Part shown: one piece after another, positions 8,190 through 17,346 of the stretch
Layout: the number at the start of each line of letters is the position of its first letter
Numbering within the stretch: position 1 is the stretch's first letter
Source: an uncultured Methanosarcinales archaeon
GTDB lineage: Archaea > Nanobdellota > Nanobdellia > Woesearchaeales > CAYVYK01
NCBI GenBank assembly: GCA_964455675.1
Contig: CAYVYK010000012.1
Span: 1 to 51,622, forward strand
Length of the DNA: 51,622 nt
Direction: 5' to 3'
Notes under the pieces: model-generated
What the model was told of the DNA's origin: nothing
Seen by the model: the letters and a program-made list of their open reading frames with translations, nothing else
The model's database searches: none
Position numbers and translations under genes: made by a program

Positions 8190-9992
8190 ATGATACAGGG
8201 AAGGGCGCAAGTGCTGTTTGAAGTAAGTTGGGAAGTCTGCAACAAGGTCGGGGGCATCTACACCGTTGTCGCGAGCAAAGCAGCACTCATGAAGGAAGCG
8301 TACCCAGAATACTTTCTCGTAGGACCATTCTTTAAAGACAAAGCGCGCGGAGACTTTGAAGAACTTACACCGCCAGACCGTATGAAACGAGCGTTCGATC
8401 GCATGGCGCGCGAAGGAATCACGTGTCACTTTGGAAAATGGCTGGTGAAAGGGGAACCCCAAGCAGTCCTCATCGAATACCAAACTATGATAGGACAAAA
8501 AAACGAACTCAAGAAACACTACTGGGAAGATTATCAAATCGATTCCTACACTGCAGGATGGGACTTTGAAGAACCCATGCTCTGGAGCACAGCGGTTGGA
8601 AAACTCGTGCAAGCATACTTAGAATCAGGAGATCAAACAAAAGCGGTCGTGCACTGCCATGAGTGGCTTGCAGGATTTGCGATACTCTACCTCAAAAAGG
8701 CCAAAGTGAAAGCTGGAACAGTGTTCACGACCCACGCCACAATGCTTGGACGCAGCATTGCAGGAACGGGTATGCCCCTGTATTCCATGCTCAATGATAT
8801 CAATCCAGATGATATGTCAGCAAAGCTCCGCGTACGGGACAAGTTCACAACAGAACGAGCATGCGCCAGAGCGTGCGACACATTCACGACCGTCAGCCAG
8901 ATCACCGGAATGGAAGCAGAAAAAATCCTTGGAAGAAAACCTGACGTACTCGTGCTTAATGGCCTTGACATCAAGAAATTCCCAACGATAGAAGAAACAA
9001 GTATCCAACACGTCATCAAGCGCGACAAGATACGCGAATACCTCGCGTTCCACTTCTTCCCTTACTACACGTTTGACCTGGACCACAACCTCGTGTTCTT
9101 TGTCGTCGGTAGATATGAACACCATAACAAGGGATACGACATCCTCATCAAGTCACTTGGCAAACTCAACGAACAGCTCAAGAAAGAAAAAAGCGACAGA
9201 TCAGTATGTGTCTTCTTCTGGATACCTGCAGGAAACCGAGGCGTCAACATCGACCTCCTCAAGAGCAAGAACGCGTACCGCCACATCCAGCATACAGTTG
9301 ACTGGAACAGCGCATCGATCCTAAGAAAAATCGTGCAGGACCTCATGACTAGGGACAATACCGTGCACTGCGAGGAACTCTTTTCACGAGAATTCTTGAC
9401 GCACATCAGGAAGGATATCCTGCAATTCAAAAAGCAAGGAACACCAATCGTCTGCACACACTACCTTGAAGATGAAGGAAACGATCCCATCATGAAGGGA
9501 TTCCGAGAAAACGGCCTCCTCAACAGGGAGGAGGACCCCGTGAAAGTCATCTTCTATCCGGTGTATCTCGATGGAAATGATGGCCTTCTCGATCTCGCAT
9601 ATTACGACGCTATGGTAGGATGTCACCTTGGCCTCTTCCCAAGCTACTACGAACCATGGGGATACACACCGCTTGAAGCTGCAGCCATGGGAGTACCGTC
9701 ACTCACGACAGACATGTCAGGATTTGGACAATTCATGCTCGAAAAACAACGCGAGGGACTTACCTCCACAGACCTTCCGGGAATCAAAATCCTTGAACGA
9801 TTCAATAAGGATGAGGACACCGTAACCACTGACTTCACAGATTACCTACACCATTTTGTCACTATCGATCATGCAGAACGCGTCAGGATCAAGATCCATG
9901 CAAAATACCTCGCGCAGCTTGCGGACTGGGAGAGGCTAGCAGAAAACTACCGCATCGCGCACAATATCGCACTTGAAAAGGTGGGCATGTAA
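8190..9992 (+). CDS. GT3-family glycogen synthase
   Basis: FEVSWEVCNKVGGIYTV, HCHEW, FTTHAT.LGR, GRYE..NKG and PSYYEPWGYTPLE are GT3 motifs; start placed at ATG 8190 after the SD. Confidence 0.92.
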   Translation: MIQGRAQVLFEVSWEVCNKVGGIYTVVASKAALMKEAYPEYFLVGPFFKDKARGDFEELTPPDRMKRAFDRMAREGITCHFGKWLVKGEPQAVLIEYQTMIGQKNELKKHYWEDYQIDSYTAGWDFEEPMLWSTAVGKLVQAYLESGDQTKAVVHCHEWLAGFAILYLKKAKVKAGTVFTTHATMLGRSIAGTGMPLYSMLNDINPDDMSAKLRVRDKFTTERACARACDTFTTVSQITGMEAEKILGRKPDVLVLNGLDIKKFPTIEETSIQHVIKRDKIREYLAFHFFPYYTFDLDHNLVFFVVGRYEHHNKGYDILIKSLGKLNEQLKKEKSDRSVCVFFWIPAGNRGVNIDLLKSKNAYRHIQHTVDWNSASILRKIVQDLMTRDNTVHCEELFSREFLTHIRKDILQFKKQGTPIVCTHYLEDEGNDPIMKGFRENGLLNREEDPVKVIFYPVYLDGNDGLLDLAYYDAMVGCHLGLFPSYYEPWGYTPLEAAAMGVPSLTTDMSGFGQFMLEKQREGLTSTDLPGIKILERFNKDEDTVTTDFTDYLHHFVTIDHAERVRIKIHAKYLAQLADWERLAENYRIAHNIALEKVGM

Positions 9993-10933
9993 TGGGCGAA
10001 CTTCGAAAAGATTATCTCCTCGACCGATGGGTATACATCGAAACAGCACGAGGAAAAAGGCCCGACCAATTCAAGAAAGACAGCACGATCGCGATGCCAG
10101 CAACGTGCTCATTCTGCCCGGGACACGAGCAGGACACTCCACCAGAAATCGGTCGAATACCGAAAGATAATGGATGGCAGATGCGATGGTTCGAAAACAA
10201 ATATCCAGCGCTTCGAATGGAAGGGGACCCGCACGTCAGGACGGACAACCGATTCTTCACGTTCTCAACAAACTATGGAAAGCACGAAGTCATCGTGGAA
10301 ACACCAGATCACCGACAGCTCTGGGACTTTGAATTCGGAGAATACGTTCAACTTCTCTCGGTGTACAAACAACGCATTGAAACACTCCTCCCTATGGATA
10401 CCATTGAGTACGTTACAGTCATCAAGAATCACGGACGAGAGGCAGGCGCAAGCCTCATGCATTCGCACTCCCAAATATTCGCGACGTCAAAGCCAAGCAT
10501 CACGGCAGAAAAACAAACTATTGCTATGGTACATCACAAGGGATGCGCATTCTGTGACATCATCGCCATCGAGAAAGGAAGCTACCGCAGATGCTTTGAG
10601 AACGAAACATGCGTCGCGTTCACGCCGTATGCAAGCAGGTTTCCCATGGAAATCTGGATATTCCCCAAAAGGCATACACGAAGCATCACGCAATTTACGC
10701 AAGCTGAAATTGAAGGAATGGCCGACCTCCTTCGAAAAACACTCCAGAGACTTAAAGCACTCAACGCACCCTACAACTACTACCTTAATGAAGGGCTCGA
10801 AGGAAAGGACTACCATGTCCATCTCGAGATACTCCCACGCCTTGCACTGCACGCGGGATTTGAGTATTCAAGCGAAATGATCATCAATCCAGTCACACCG
10901 GAGGATGCAGCAGCATTCTACCGGGGAGAATAA
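9992..10933 (+). CDS. galT: GalT-family nucleotidyltransferase (galactose-1-phosphate uridylyltransferase-like)
   Basis: ELRKD...RWV..., R..RP, CSFCPG, NKYP, HEVIVETPDH, GASLMHSHSQ (HxHxQ) and CAFCDII; stop/start overlap with GT3. Confidence 0.85.
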   Translation: MGELRKDYLLDRWVYIETARGKRPDQFKKDSTIAMPATCSFCPGHEQDTPPEIGRIPKDNGWQMRWFENKYPALRMEGDPHVRTDNRFFTFSTNYGKHEVIVETPDHRQLWDFEFGEYVQLLSVYKQRIETLLPMDTIEYVTVIKNHGREAGASLMHSHSQIFATSKPSITAEKQTIAMVHHKGCAFCDIIAIEKGSYRRCFENETCVAFTPYASRFPMEIWIFPKRHTRSITQFTQAEIEGMADLLRKTLQRLKALNAPYNYYLNEGLEGKDYHVHLEILPRLALHAGFEYSSEMIINPVTPEDAAAFYRGE

Positions 10934-10966
10934 GCACGTTTGTATGATTATTGAGGTGAAAGAAAT

Positions 10967-13381
10967 ATGGATAAACAACAAATGTTCATTTTATGGTTCG
11001 ACCAGGTCGGCATCGAGGATGTCGGTCTCGTCGGGGGCAAGAACGCATCGCTAGGTGAAATGTACCGAAATCTCACACCACAAGGCGTGAAGGTACCAAA
11101 CGGCTTTGCAGTCACGGCATACGCATACCGCTATTTCGTCGAGAAAACAGGACTGAAAGACAGAATCCACCAAATCCTGCAAGGACTCAACACGAAAGAC
11201 ATGCACAACCTCTCCATGAAAGGACAGCAGGTACGAGACGTCATCCTCAAGGCTGAATTTCCCGAGGAACTCAAGAACTGCATCATCGAAGCATACGGGC
11301 ATATGTGCATCCAATACGGGCCTGACACCGACGTTGCTGTACGAAGCTCAGCAACAGCGGAAGATCTCCCGGACGCGAGCTTTGCCGGCCAGCAGGAAAC
11401 ATACCTCAACATCAAGGGACCGCACATGCTCATGGACGCATGCAGGAAATGCTTCGCAAGCCTCTTTACGAACAGAGCAATATCCTACCGAGAAGACAAG
11501 CACTTTGATCACTTCTCCATTGCCCTTTCCATCGGCGTGCAGAAAATGGTCAGGAGCGACCTTGCCACAAGCGGAGTCATGTTCTCGATCGACACGGAAA
11601 GCGGATTCAAGGATGTCGTATTCGTCACTGCAAGCTATGGGCTTGGAGAAACCGTCGTCCAAGGAGCAGTTAATCCAGACGAGTACTATGTATTCAAGCC
11701 AAAGCTCCGGGAAGGCAAACGGCCAATCATCAGCAAGACCCTTGGCGAAAAAAAGATCAAGATGATCTACACGAAAGATGGAAACAAACCGACAAAAACC
11801 GTAGACACGCCCGAAAGCGACAGGGAAAAATACGCACTCTCAGATGATGAGATCCTCACGCTCGCACGCTGGGCAATGCAAATCGAAGACCACTACTCCT
11901 GGAAAGCAGGACACCACAAACCCATGGACATGGAGTGGGCAAAGGATGGAATCACAGGCCAACTCTTTATCGTGCAGGCAAGGCCTGAAACGGTTATGGC
12001 GAACAAGAACCGCAACATCCTGCGAACATACAAACTCCAACAGCGCGGAAGAGTACTTGCTGAAGGAAAGAGCGTAGGAGAAAAGATCGCCGCGGGCCAT
12101 GCGCATGTCATCAAGGATGTCCACAACATCCATGAGTTCAAAGAGGGAGAAGTGCTTGTCACAGACATGACGGATCCTGACTGGGAACCAATCATGAAGA
12201 TAGCATCAGCTATCGTTACGAACCGCGGAGGAAGAACGTGCCATGCAGCCATCATCTCAAGAGAACTCGGTATTGCATGCCTCGTGGGGACAGGCAATGG
12301 CTCTGAGGTACTGCACACTGGACAAGAGATTACGGTATCATGCGCAGAAGGAGACGCTGGATTCGTGTACGAAGGAAAGCTGCCATTCCACATAGAGGAG
12401 ACAAACCTTGAACAGCTCCCCCGCACGAAAACAAAGATTATGATGAACCTCGCGAATCCAAGCCAGGCATTTGAGTGCTCGTTCCTCCCTAATGATGGAG
12501 TGGGCCTTGCGCGCGAAGAGTTCATCATCAACTCGCACATCCAGATCCATCCGCTTGCACTTCTGCACTTTGACAAAGTAACGGATGAGGAAGCACGACA
12601 GAAGATCATCCAGACCACGAAGGGATACCATGACAAATCACAGTTCTTCGTGGACAAGCTTGCTGAAGGAGTCGCGATGATCTGCGCAGCAGTATATCCC
12701 AAAGAAGTCATCCTGAGATTTAGCGACTTCAAGACAAACGAGTATGCGAACCTGATCGGAGGATCACCATTTGAGCCAAAGGAAGAAAACCCCATGATCG
12801 GATGGAGAGGAGCATCACGCTACTATTCCGACGGTTATCGACAGGGATTTGCGCTCGAATGCAAAGCAATCAAGAGAGTACGCGAAGAAATGGGATTCAG
12901 CAACTTACTGCTGATGATCCCATTCTGTAGAACAGTCGAGGAAGGACAAAAGTGCCTCGCGGAAATGGCAAACAATGGCCTCTATCGGGGAGACAACGGA
13001 CTACAAGTCTATGTCATGTGCGAGATCCCAAGCAACGTCATCCTTGCGGAAGAGTTCGGAAAACACTTCGACGGATTTTCCATTGGAAGCAATGACCTGA
13101 CGCAGCTGACGCTCGGACTTGACCGAGACTCAAACCTTGTCGCGCATATCTATGACGAGCGCAACATGGCCGTCAAAACCCTCATCAGAGAGGTCATCGC
13201 AAAGTGCAAAAAGATGGGCAGAAAGATTGGAATCTGCGGACAAGCACCAAGCGACTTCCCAGAATTCGCGCAGTTCCTCGTCGAAGCAGGAATCGACAGC
13301 ATCTCGCTCAATCCAGACACGGTTGTAAAGACAACGCTAAAGATATACGAACAGGAGCAGAAACTCGGAATACGACCGTAA
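10967..13381 (+). CDS. ppsA: Phosphoenolpyruvate synthase (pyruvate, water dikinase)
   Basis: VGGKNASLGEM, AVRSSATAEDL..ASFAGQ, GGRTCHAAI (phospho-His), GSNDLTQ and GICGQAPSD; SD GAGGTGA at 10953-10959. Confidence 0.97.
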   Translation: MDKQQMFILWFDQVGIEDVGLVGGKNASLGEMYRNLTPQGVKVPNGFAVTAYAYRYFVEKTGLKDRIHQILQGLNTKDMHNLSMKGQQVRDVILKAEFPEELKNCIIEAYGHMCIQYGPDTDVAVRSSATAEDLPDASFAGQQETYLNIKGPHMLMDACRKCFASLFTNRAISYREDKHFDHFSIALSIGVQKMVRSDLATSGVMFSIDTESGFKDVVFVTASYGLGETVVQGAVNPDEYYVFKPKLREGKRPIISKTLGEKKIKMIYTKDGNKPTKTVDTPESDREKYALSDDEILTLARWAMQIEDHYSWKAGHHKPMDMEWAKDGITGQLFIVQARPETVMANKNRNILRTYKLQQRGRVLAEGKSVGEKIAAGHAHVIKDVHNIHEFKEGEVLVTDMTDPDWEPIMKIASAIVTNRGGRTCHAAIISRELGIACLVGTGNGSEVLHTGQEITVSCAEGDAGFVYEGKLPFHIEETNLEQLPRTKTKIMMNLANPSQAFECSFLPNDGVGLAREEFIINSHIQIHPLALLHFDKVTDEEARQKIIQTTKGYHDKSQFFVDKLAEGVAMICAAVYPKEVILRFSDFKTNEYANLIGGSPFEPKEENPMIGWRGASRYYSDGYRQGFALECKAIKRVREEMGFSNLLLMIPFCRTVEEGQKCLAEMANNGLYRGDNGLQVYVMCEIPSNVILAEEFGKHFDGFSIGSNDLTQLTLGLDRDSNLVAHIYDERNMAVKTLIREVIAKCKKMGRKIGICGQAPSDFPEFAQFLVEAGIDSISLNPDTVVKTTLKIYEQEQKLGIRP

Positions 13382-13389
13382 GCGCAATA

Positions 13390-13411
13390 AAAGATACCCG
13401 GGGGTATTTTT
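13390..13411 (+). terminator. Possible terminator hairpin after ppsA
   Basis: AAAGATACC-CGGG-GGTATTTTT stem-loop ending in a T run, just after the stop codon. Confidence 0.4.
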
Positions 13412-13440
13412 AACCTTAGATAGGGAACATATGCGCCGAT

Positions 13441-13476
13441 GCAGAGCATCGGCGTATGGATCCGTCCAAGGAATCA
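13441..13476 (+). repeat. 36-nt dispersed direct repeat, copy 1
   Basis: GCAGAGCATCGGCGTATGGATCCGTCCAAGGAATCA; 30/36 ungapped identity to 17271-17306. Confidence 0.75.
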
Positions 13477-13494
13477 CCTTGTTGGGGAACAGGC

Positions 13495-15324
13495 ATGAGG
13501 ATAGTCCATCATACAAAGGACTTTGCTATTGAGCAGCAAACGGATTCTCCTGTCGGATTTCTCCTCACAAACAAGAAAGGAGGATTCTTCTCATACGGGA
13601 TTGCAAGCAGATACCGAGGATGGTTTTCAATGCTCGGAGAAGACCTCTACAAGATCGTCGACTCTATACGTACTGAAGGAAGCGTATCAGAAGTCCACCA
13701 TCACTTCTGGAAGGTCGAAACGCGAGGAAACGCAACGGAGAGCTACTTTCTCCCACTGAACTCGGAAGCACTCGTGTATGAAGGGGACAAACCATTCGAA
13801 ATCCTGATGGACATACGCCATCCCTACGACAATAGAGTATGGGGAAGGAATTACCGCATCATCACGCAAGAAAAAGATTACGCGATCATCGAATACAGAA
13901 AAACAACCGATCAGCGCGAGGACGGCAGCGAGGGGATTGAACAACTTAAGATGTATGTCATCCTTTACGCGAGGGATGGGGAGTTCACGCGACAGGAACG
14001 GTGGGAAGAGGTATTCTACGCATTTGACCAGGACAGAGGATCATTCCCAACAACACGATATGTCTACAATCCGTTCCGAATAGAAGCGCGACGACTGATC
14101 ATGATCACATCACGCTCAAGCGAAGACCTTCTTGAGCAAGCGAAAAAGACCGACCAGAGGATCATGGCGCTATCAGACTTGCAGCGGGACTACTCATTCT
14201 CGGGATTATTCGACAAGAAATACCTCCCAAGCAGAAGAAGAATGGCACACCTTGCTGCCATACATGCACTTGACCAATTAACTCATACATTCCATGAGCG
14301 GCCAAACATCTACGCAGGACTACCATGGTTCTTCCAAACATGGAACCGTGACGAACTCATCAGCATTACCGGACTACTGCAATCACGCGAGTACTCAACA
14401 GTTAAAAGCATCCTTCTTCCGAAATTTGGCACAGCACTCGTCGATGGAAACCTTCCGAACAGGTATCCAAGCACGGATACGGGGACGGCAGACGCGATCG
14501 GATGGCTGTTCCTTCGCACGAGCGAACTTATTGAGAGACTGGAAAATGATAAGCTTATTGACAGCATCATAACCGCGCAAGAACGCAGTGACATCATCGC
14601 GAACATGAAAATCATCATCCAGCGCCTGATTAGCAACCACACGAGGGAAGGTCTTGCCACGAACGGGCCGCAAGAAACATGGATGGACACGCTGTATGGC
14701 GATGACGGCCGGAGCGGAGCGCGCATCGAAATTCAGGCTCTTCGGATGCGCATGTACCGAGTCCTCTCTTCGCTCACCAAGGATTCCGTGTACAAGCGCC
14801 TTGAGGAGAGCCTCTGCCAGTATGTGAGAAAAAAATTCTGGGACGGGAAGTGCCTCGCAGACGGCGAGACTGACACCACGATACGCCCCAACCTGTTCCT
14901 CGCTGCGTACATATACCCATGGCTCCTCTCAAACGAAGAATGGACGGCATGCTTTGATAACGCACTCGAAAAACTGTGGCTCGAATGGGGGGGACTCTCC
15001 AGCATCGACGTTGATCACCCCCTCATGACATGGCAGAACACCGGAGAAGACGTGAAAAGCTACCATCATGGAGACTCTTGGTATTTCATCAATAACATCG
15101 CAGCAATTGTCATGCACCGAATCAATGCAGACCACTTCAAAGACTATATTCAGCGTATCATAGACGCGAGCACGGAGGAAATACTCTTTTCTGGATATGC
15201 CGGATGCCACGCTGAAATCAGCAGCGCTGGCGCGCGAAGAAGCGAAGGATGCTTATCGCAAGCGTGGAGCAATGCAACATTCATCGAGTTGTTCCATGAG
15301 CTCAATAGTGTGGAGAATCACTGA
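13495..15324 (+). CDS. Glycogen debranching enzyme (amylo-alpha-1,6-glucosidase, GDE_C/GH133-like)
   Basis: AGLPWFFQTWNRDELIS, DAIGW, ETWMDT, RPN, YHHGDSW and QAWS; N-terminal FLLTNKKGGFFS. Start chosen at ATG 13495 (ORF track starts at 13456). Confidence 0.88.
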   Translation: MRIVHHTKDFAIEQQTDSPVGFLLTNKKGGFFSYGIASRYRGWFSMLGEDLYKIVDSIRTEGSVSEVHHHFWKVETRGNATESYFLPLNSEALVYEGDKPFEILMDIRHPYDNRVWGRNYRIITQEKDYAIIEYRKTTDQREDGSEGIEQLKMYVILYARDGEFTRQERWEEVFYAFDQDRGSFPTTRYVYNPFRIEARRLIMITSRSSEDLLEQAKKTDQRIMALSDLQRDYSFSGLFDKKYLPSRRRMAHLAAIHALDQLTHTFHERPNIYAGLPWFFQTWNRDELISITGLLQSREYSTVKSILLPKFGTALVDGNLPNRYPSTDTGTADAIGWLFLRTSELIERLENDKLIDSIITAQERSDIIANMKIIIQRLISNHTREGLATNGPQETWMDTLYGDDGRSGARIEIQALRMRMYRVLSSLTKDSVYKRLEESLCQYVRKKFWDGKCLADGETDTTIRPNLFLAAYIYPWLLSNEEWTACFDNALEKLWLEWGGLSSIDVDHPLMTWQNTGEDVKSYHHGDSWYFINNIAAIVMHRINADHFKDYIQRIIDASTEEILFSGYAGCHAEISSAGARRSEGCLSQAWSNATFIELFHELNSVENH

Positions 15325-15524
15325 TACTCATCGCAATACATGCTACCACTTAATATATTTACGTATTCTGGTATTAATCATGCGAATTTCAGAATGTTGA
15401 TCTTTTTACCGACGGTCTTATAGTCGGATTATACGAAATTCGGAAATTTTTTGAATGCACCCTGGAAAGGTTTATTAATTTTCAATGCGTATACTACCTT
15501 GCTCACCAGAGCGGAGGGATAGCA

Positions 15525-16016
15525 ATGAATGCCTTACATGAAGCAGCGCCTGGACTAGCGCAGAAAGTAGGAGAGGTATATCAGAGCGTACCCACAGGAC
15601 AACAGCTTGACTTACCAAGCGTTGTTGGCATAGTGGTTCCCGGAATTGAGGTAAGCGTTGGCGACCGAACACTCACAGGCGTAACAGGCCTATGGGTTGC
15701 ACACCCGAATAAAATCCTCTTTGAGCCCTCCATTGGTGAGGTAGACTATCTTCGTGAGGACCGAACGGATAAAGTACCTTACACCCTTCTCGAACTCCGT
15801 GCCGGAAAAACCCCGCCAATCATTGAAATAACAAGCACTGAGCGGATGAAGGTTGATCCGCTTGCAGACCTGAAACTTGGAGGAAGAACCGTCGAGGAAC
15901 CATTCCAAATGCCACGCCTGCGCGATCCAGCATATATCGTGGTGTTCCAGGGAGACAAGAAAACGGTCTACCACAACGCGCCAGAAGTCGTGCTGCGGTT
16001 TTCGGATGAAGCTTGA
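15525..16016 (+). CDS. Hypothetical protein
   Basis: 163-aa ORF with GGAGG SD and a TATA-like GTTTATTAA upstream; no recognisable motif. Confidence 0.65.
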   Translation: MNALHEAAPGLAQKVGEVYQSVPTGQQLDLPSVVGIVVPGIEVSVGDRTLTGVTGLWVAHPNKILFEPSIGEVDYLREDRTDKVPYTLLELRAGKTPPIIEITSTERMKVDPLADLKLGGRTVEEPFQMPRLRDPAYIVVFQGDKKTVYHNAPEVVLRFSDEA

Positions 16017-17238
16017 ATCGGGAGGAGAAGGGATCCTGCTCCTCGCACTCGAGGTGCGGGACTTCTTTCCCTATTTCCATGCTCGCGCAGAACAACCGCT
16101 CTCGATACAAACGAATTATCGATGCGTCGAGGGAGGCCTTGATTGCATAGTCGATGGAGTTCCACTCTTCGCAGAAAGGGCAGTCTTCGCCACACCACCA
16201 AGACTTGAGATACCAGAAGGAAGCTCATTCATCATCCGAGGAACGGAATTATATAAAGGAGAATACTTTGTACAACCACGCGCAGTTCTTGCACGGAGAT
16301 ACTATAAAAAATTTCTTTCTCACTACCCAGCGGATTTGTTCACGCTGCGATTCCCCTACGGACGAAGGGATATGCGCTACAGAAACGGCGACAATTGGGT
16401 TGATGAGACAGAGATCAGAAACCTATTCTTAAACCGCGCGGCAGCATGGGGAAGGAATGATCCAAGGCTAGGGGAACTTGAACGATCAATACGACAGTAT
16501 CGCATAGAAACAACCGCAGAACTGGTTGATCGAGATGGCAAACCACGAGCGAATGTGGATCACATACAAACAGCTAACCGCCTACATCATGATATCCTCG
16601 ATCATCTTGACAGCCCTGCTGACTCACTCGTGCTCGTCGATAATCGTCTCGATGTGTGCGACAGCGAAACCCTACTCTATCCAACAGTGTTCATCGAGGA
16701 CGATGCAGAATTCACATTCACCATCGGACGATTCTCCTTCTTTCTTGACCCAGAACTATACCTCACGTCCCCAAAAATTGAACTCCATACTCGCAATCGC
16801 ACGACTGTAGCGCGCAGGATCAGAATCGACAAGAACGCGGCACTGCAACATTTCCAAAAGTACCTCATGTATCTCTGTTCGCGCACGAGCAGTTTTGATT
16901 ATAGTTTTTTCGGACTTCGAGCAGCATATGCGCAATTTGCGACCAGAAGCGGATTCACACGTTCCGATGGAGTCATAACCCCGGAACATGAAGGAGTCGT
17001 CATTGAGAAACTATCACCTGCACAACTCTATGCCATGAAGGTTGACAATCAAGGGATGAGAGACATCCAAGAATGCTGCAATGCCAGAGACGATCCAGAT
17101 ATTGCGATCAGGACGGACTTTGCAGGAAGCCTCTACAGAATTCCCATGGAATTACCTTCGGTCTTTGGGCGTCCCATCAGAGCCATGCACGAACAACCTT
17201 CAGAGACTGAAGATCTCAACCTCGAGGATTTCTGCTAG
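16006..17238 (+). CDS. Hypothetical protein (about 410 aa)
   Basis: Long ORF; ATG 16006 lies just inside the end of the upstream gene (11-nt overlap); no recognisable motif. Confidence 0.7.
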   Translation: MKLESGGEGILLLALEVRDFFPYFHARAEQPLSIQTNYRCVEGGLDCIVDGVPLFAERAVFATPPRLEIPEGSSFIIRGTELYKGEYFVQPRAVLARRYYKKFLSHYPADLFTLRFPYGRRDMRYRNGDNWVDETEIRNLFLNRAAAWGRNDPRLGELERSIRQYRIETTAELVDRDGKPRANVDHIQTANRLHHDILDHLDSPADSLVLVDNRLDVCDSETLLYPTVFIEDDAEFTFTIGRFSFFLDPELYLTSPKIELHTRNRTTVARRIRIDKNAALQHFQKYLMYLCSRTSSFDYSFFGLRAAYAQFATRSGFTRSDGVITPEHEGVVIEKLSPAQLYAMKVDNQGMRDIQECCNARDDPDIAIRTDFAGSLYRIPMELPSVFGRPIRAMHEQPSETEDLNLEDFC

Positions 17239-17270
17239 TCTCCTAATTTTGGCAAATAATTCCAATCAAG

Positions 17271-17306
17271 GCAGAGCAATGTGGTATGGACCCATCCAAG
17301 GAATCA
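17271..17306 (+). repeat. 36-nt dispersed direct repeat, copy 2
   Basis: GCAGAGCAATGTGGTATGGACCCATCCAAGGAATCA; 30/36 identity to 13441-13476. Confidence 0.75.
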
Positions 17307-17346
17307 GTGACAAAAAAGGTTTAAAAACGACTTCGATCACCATAGA

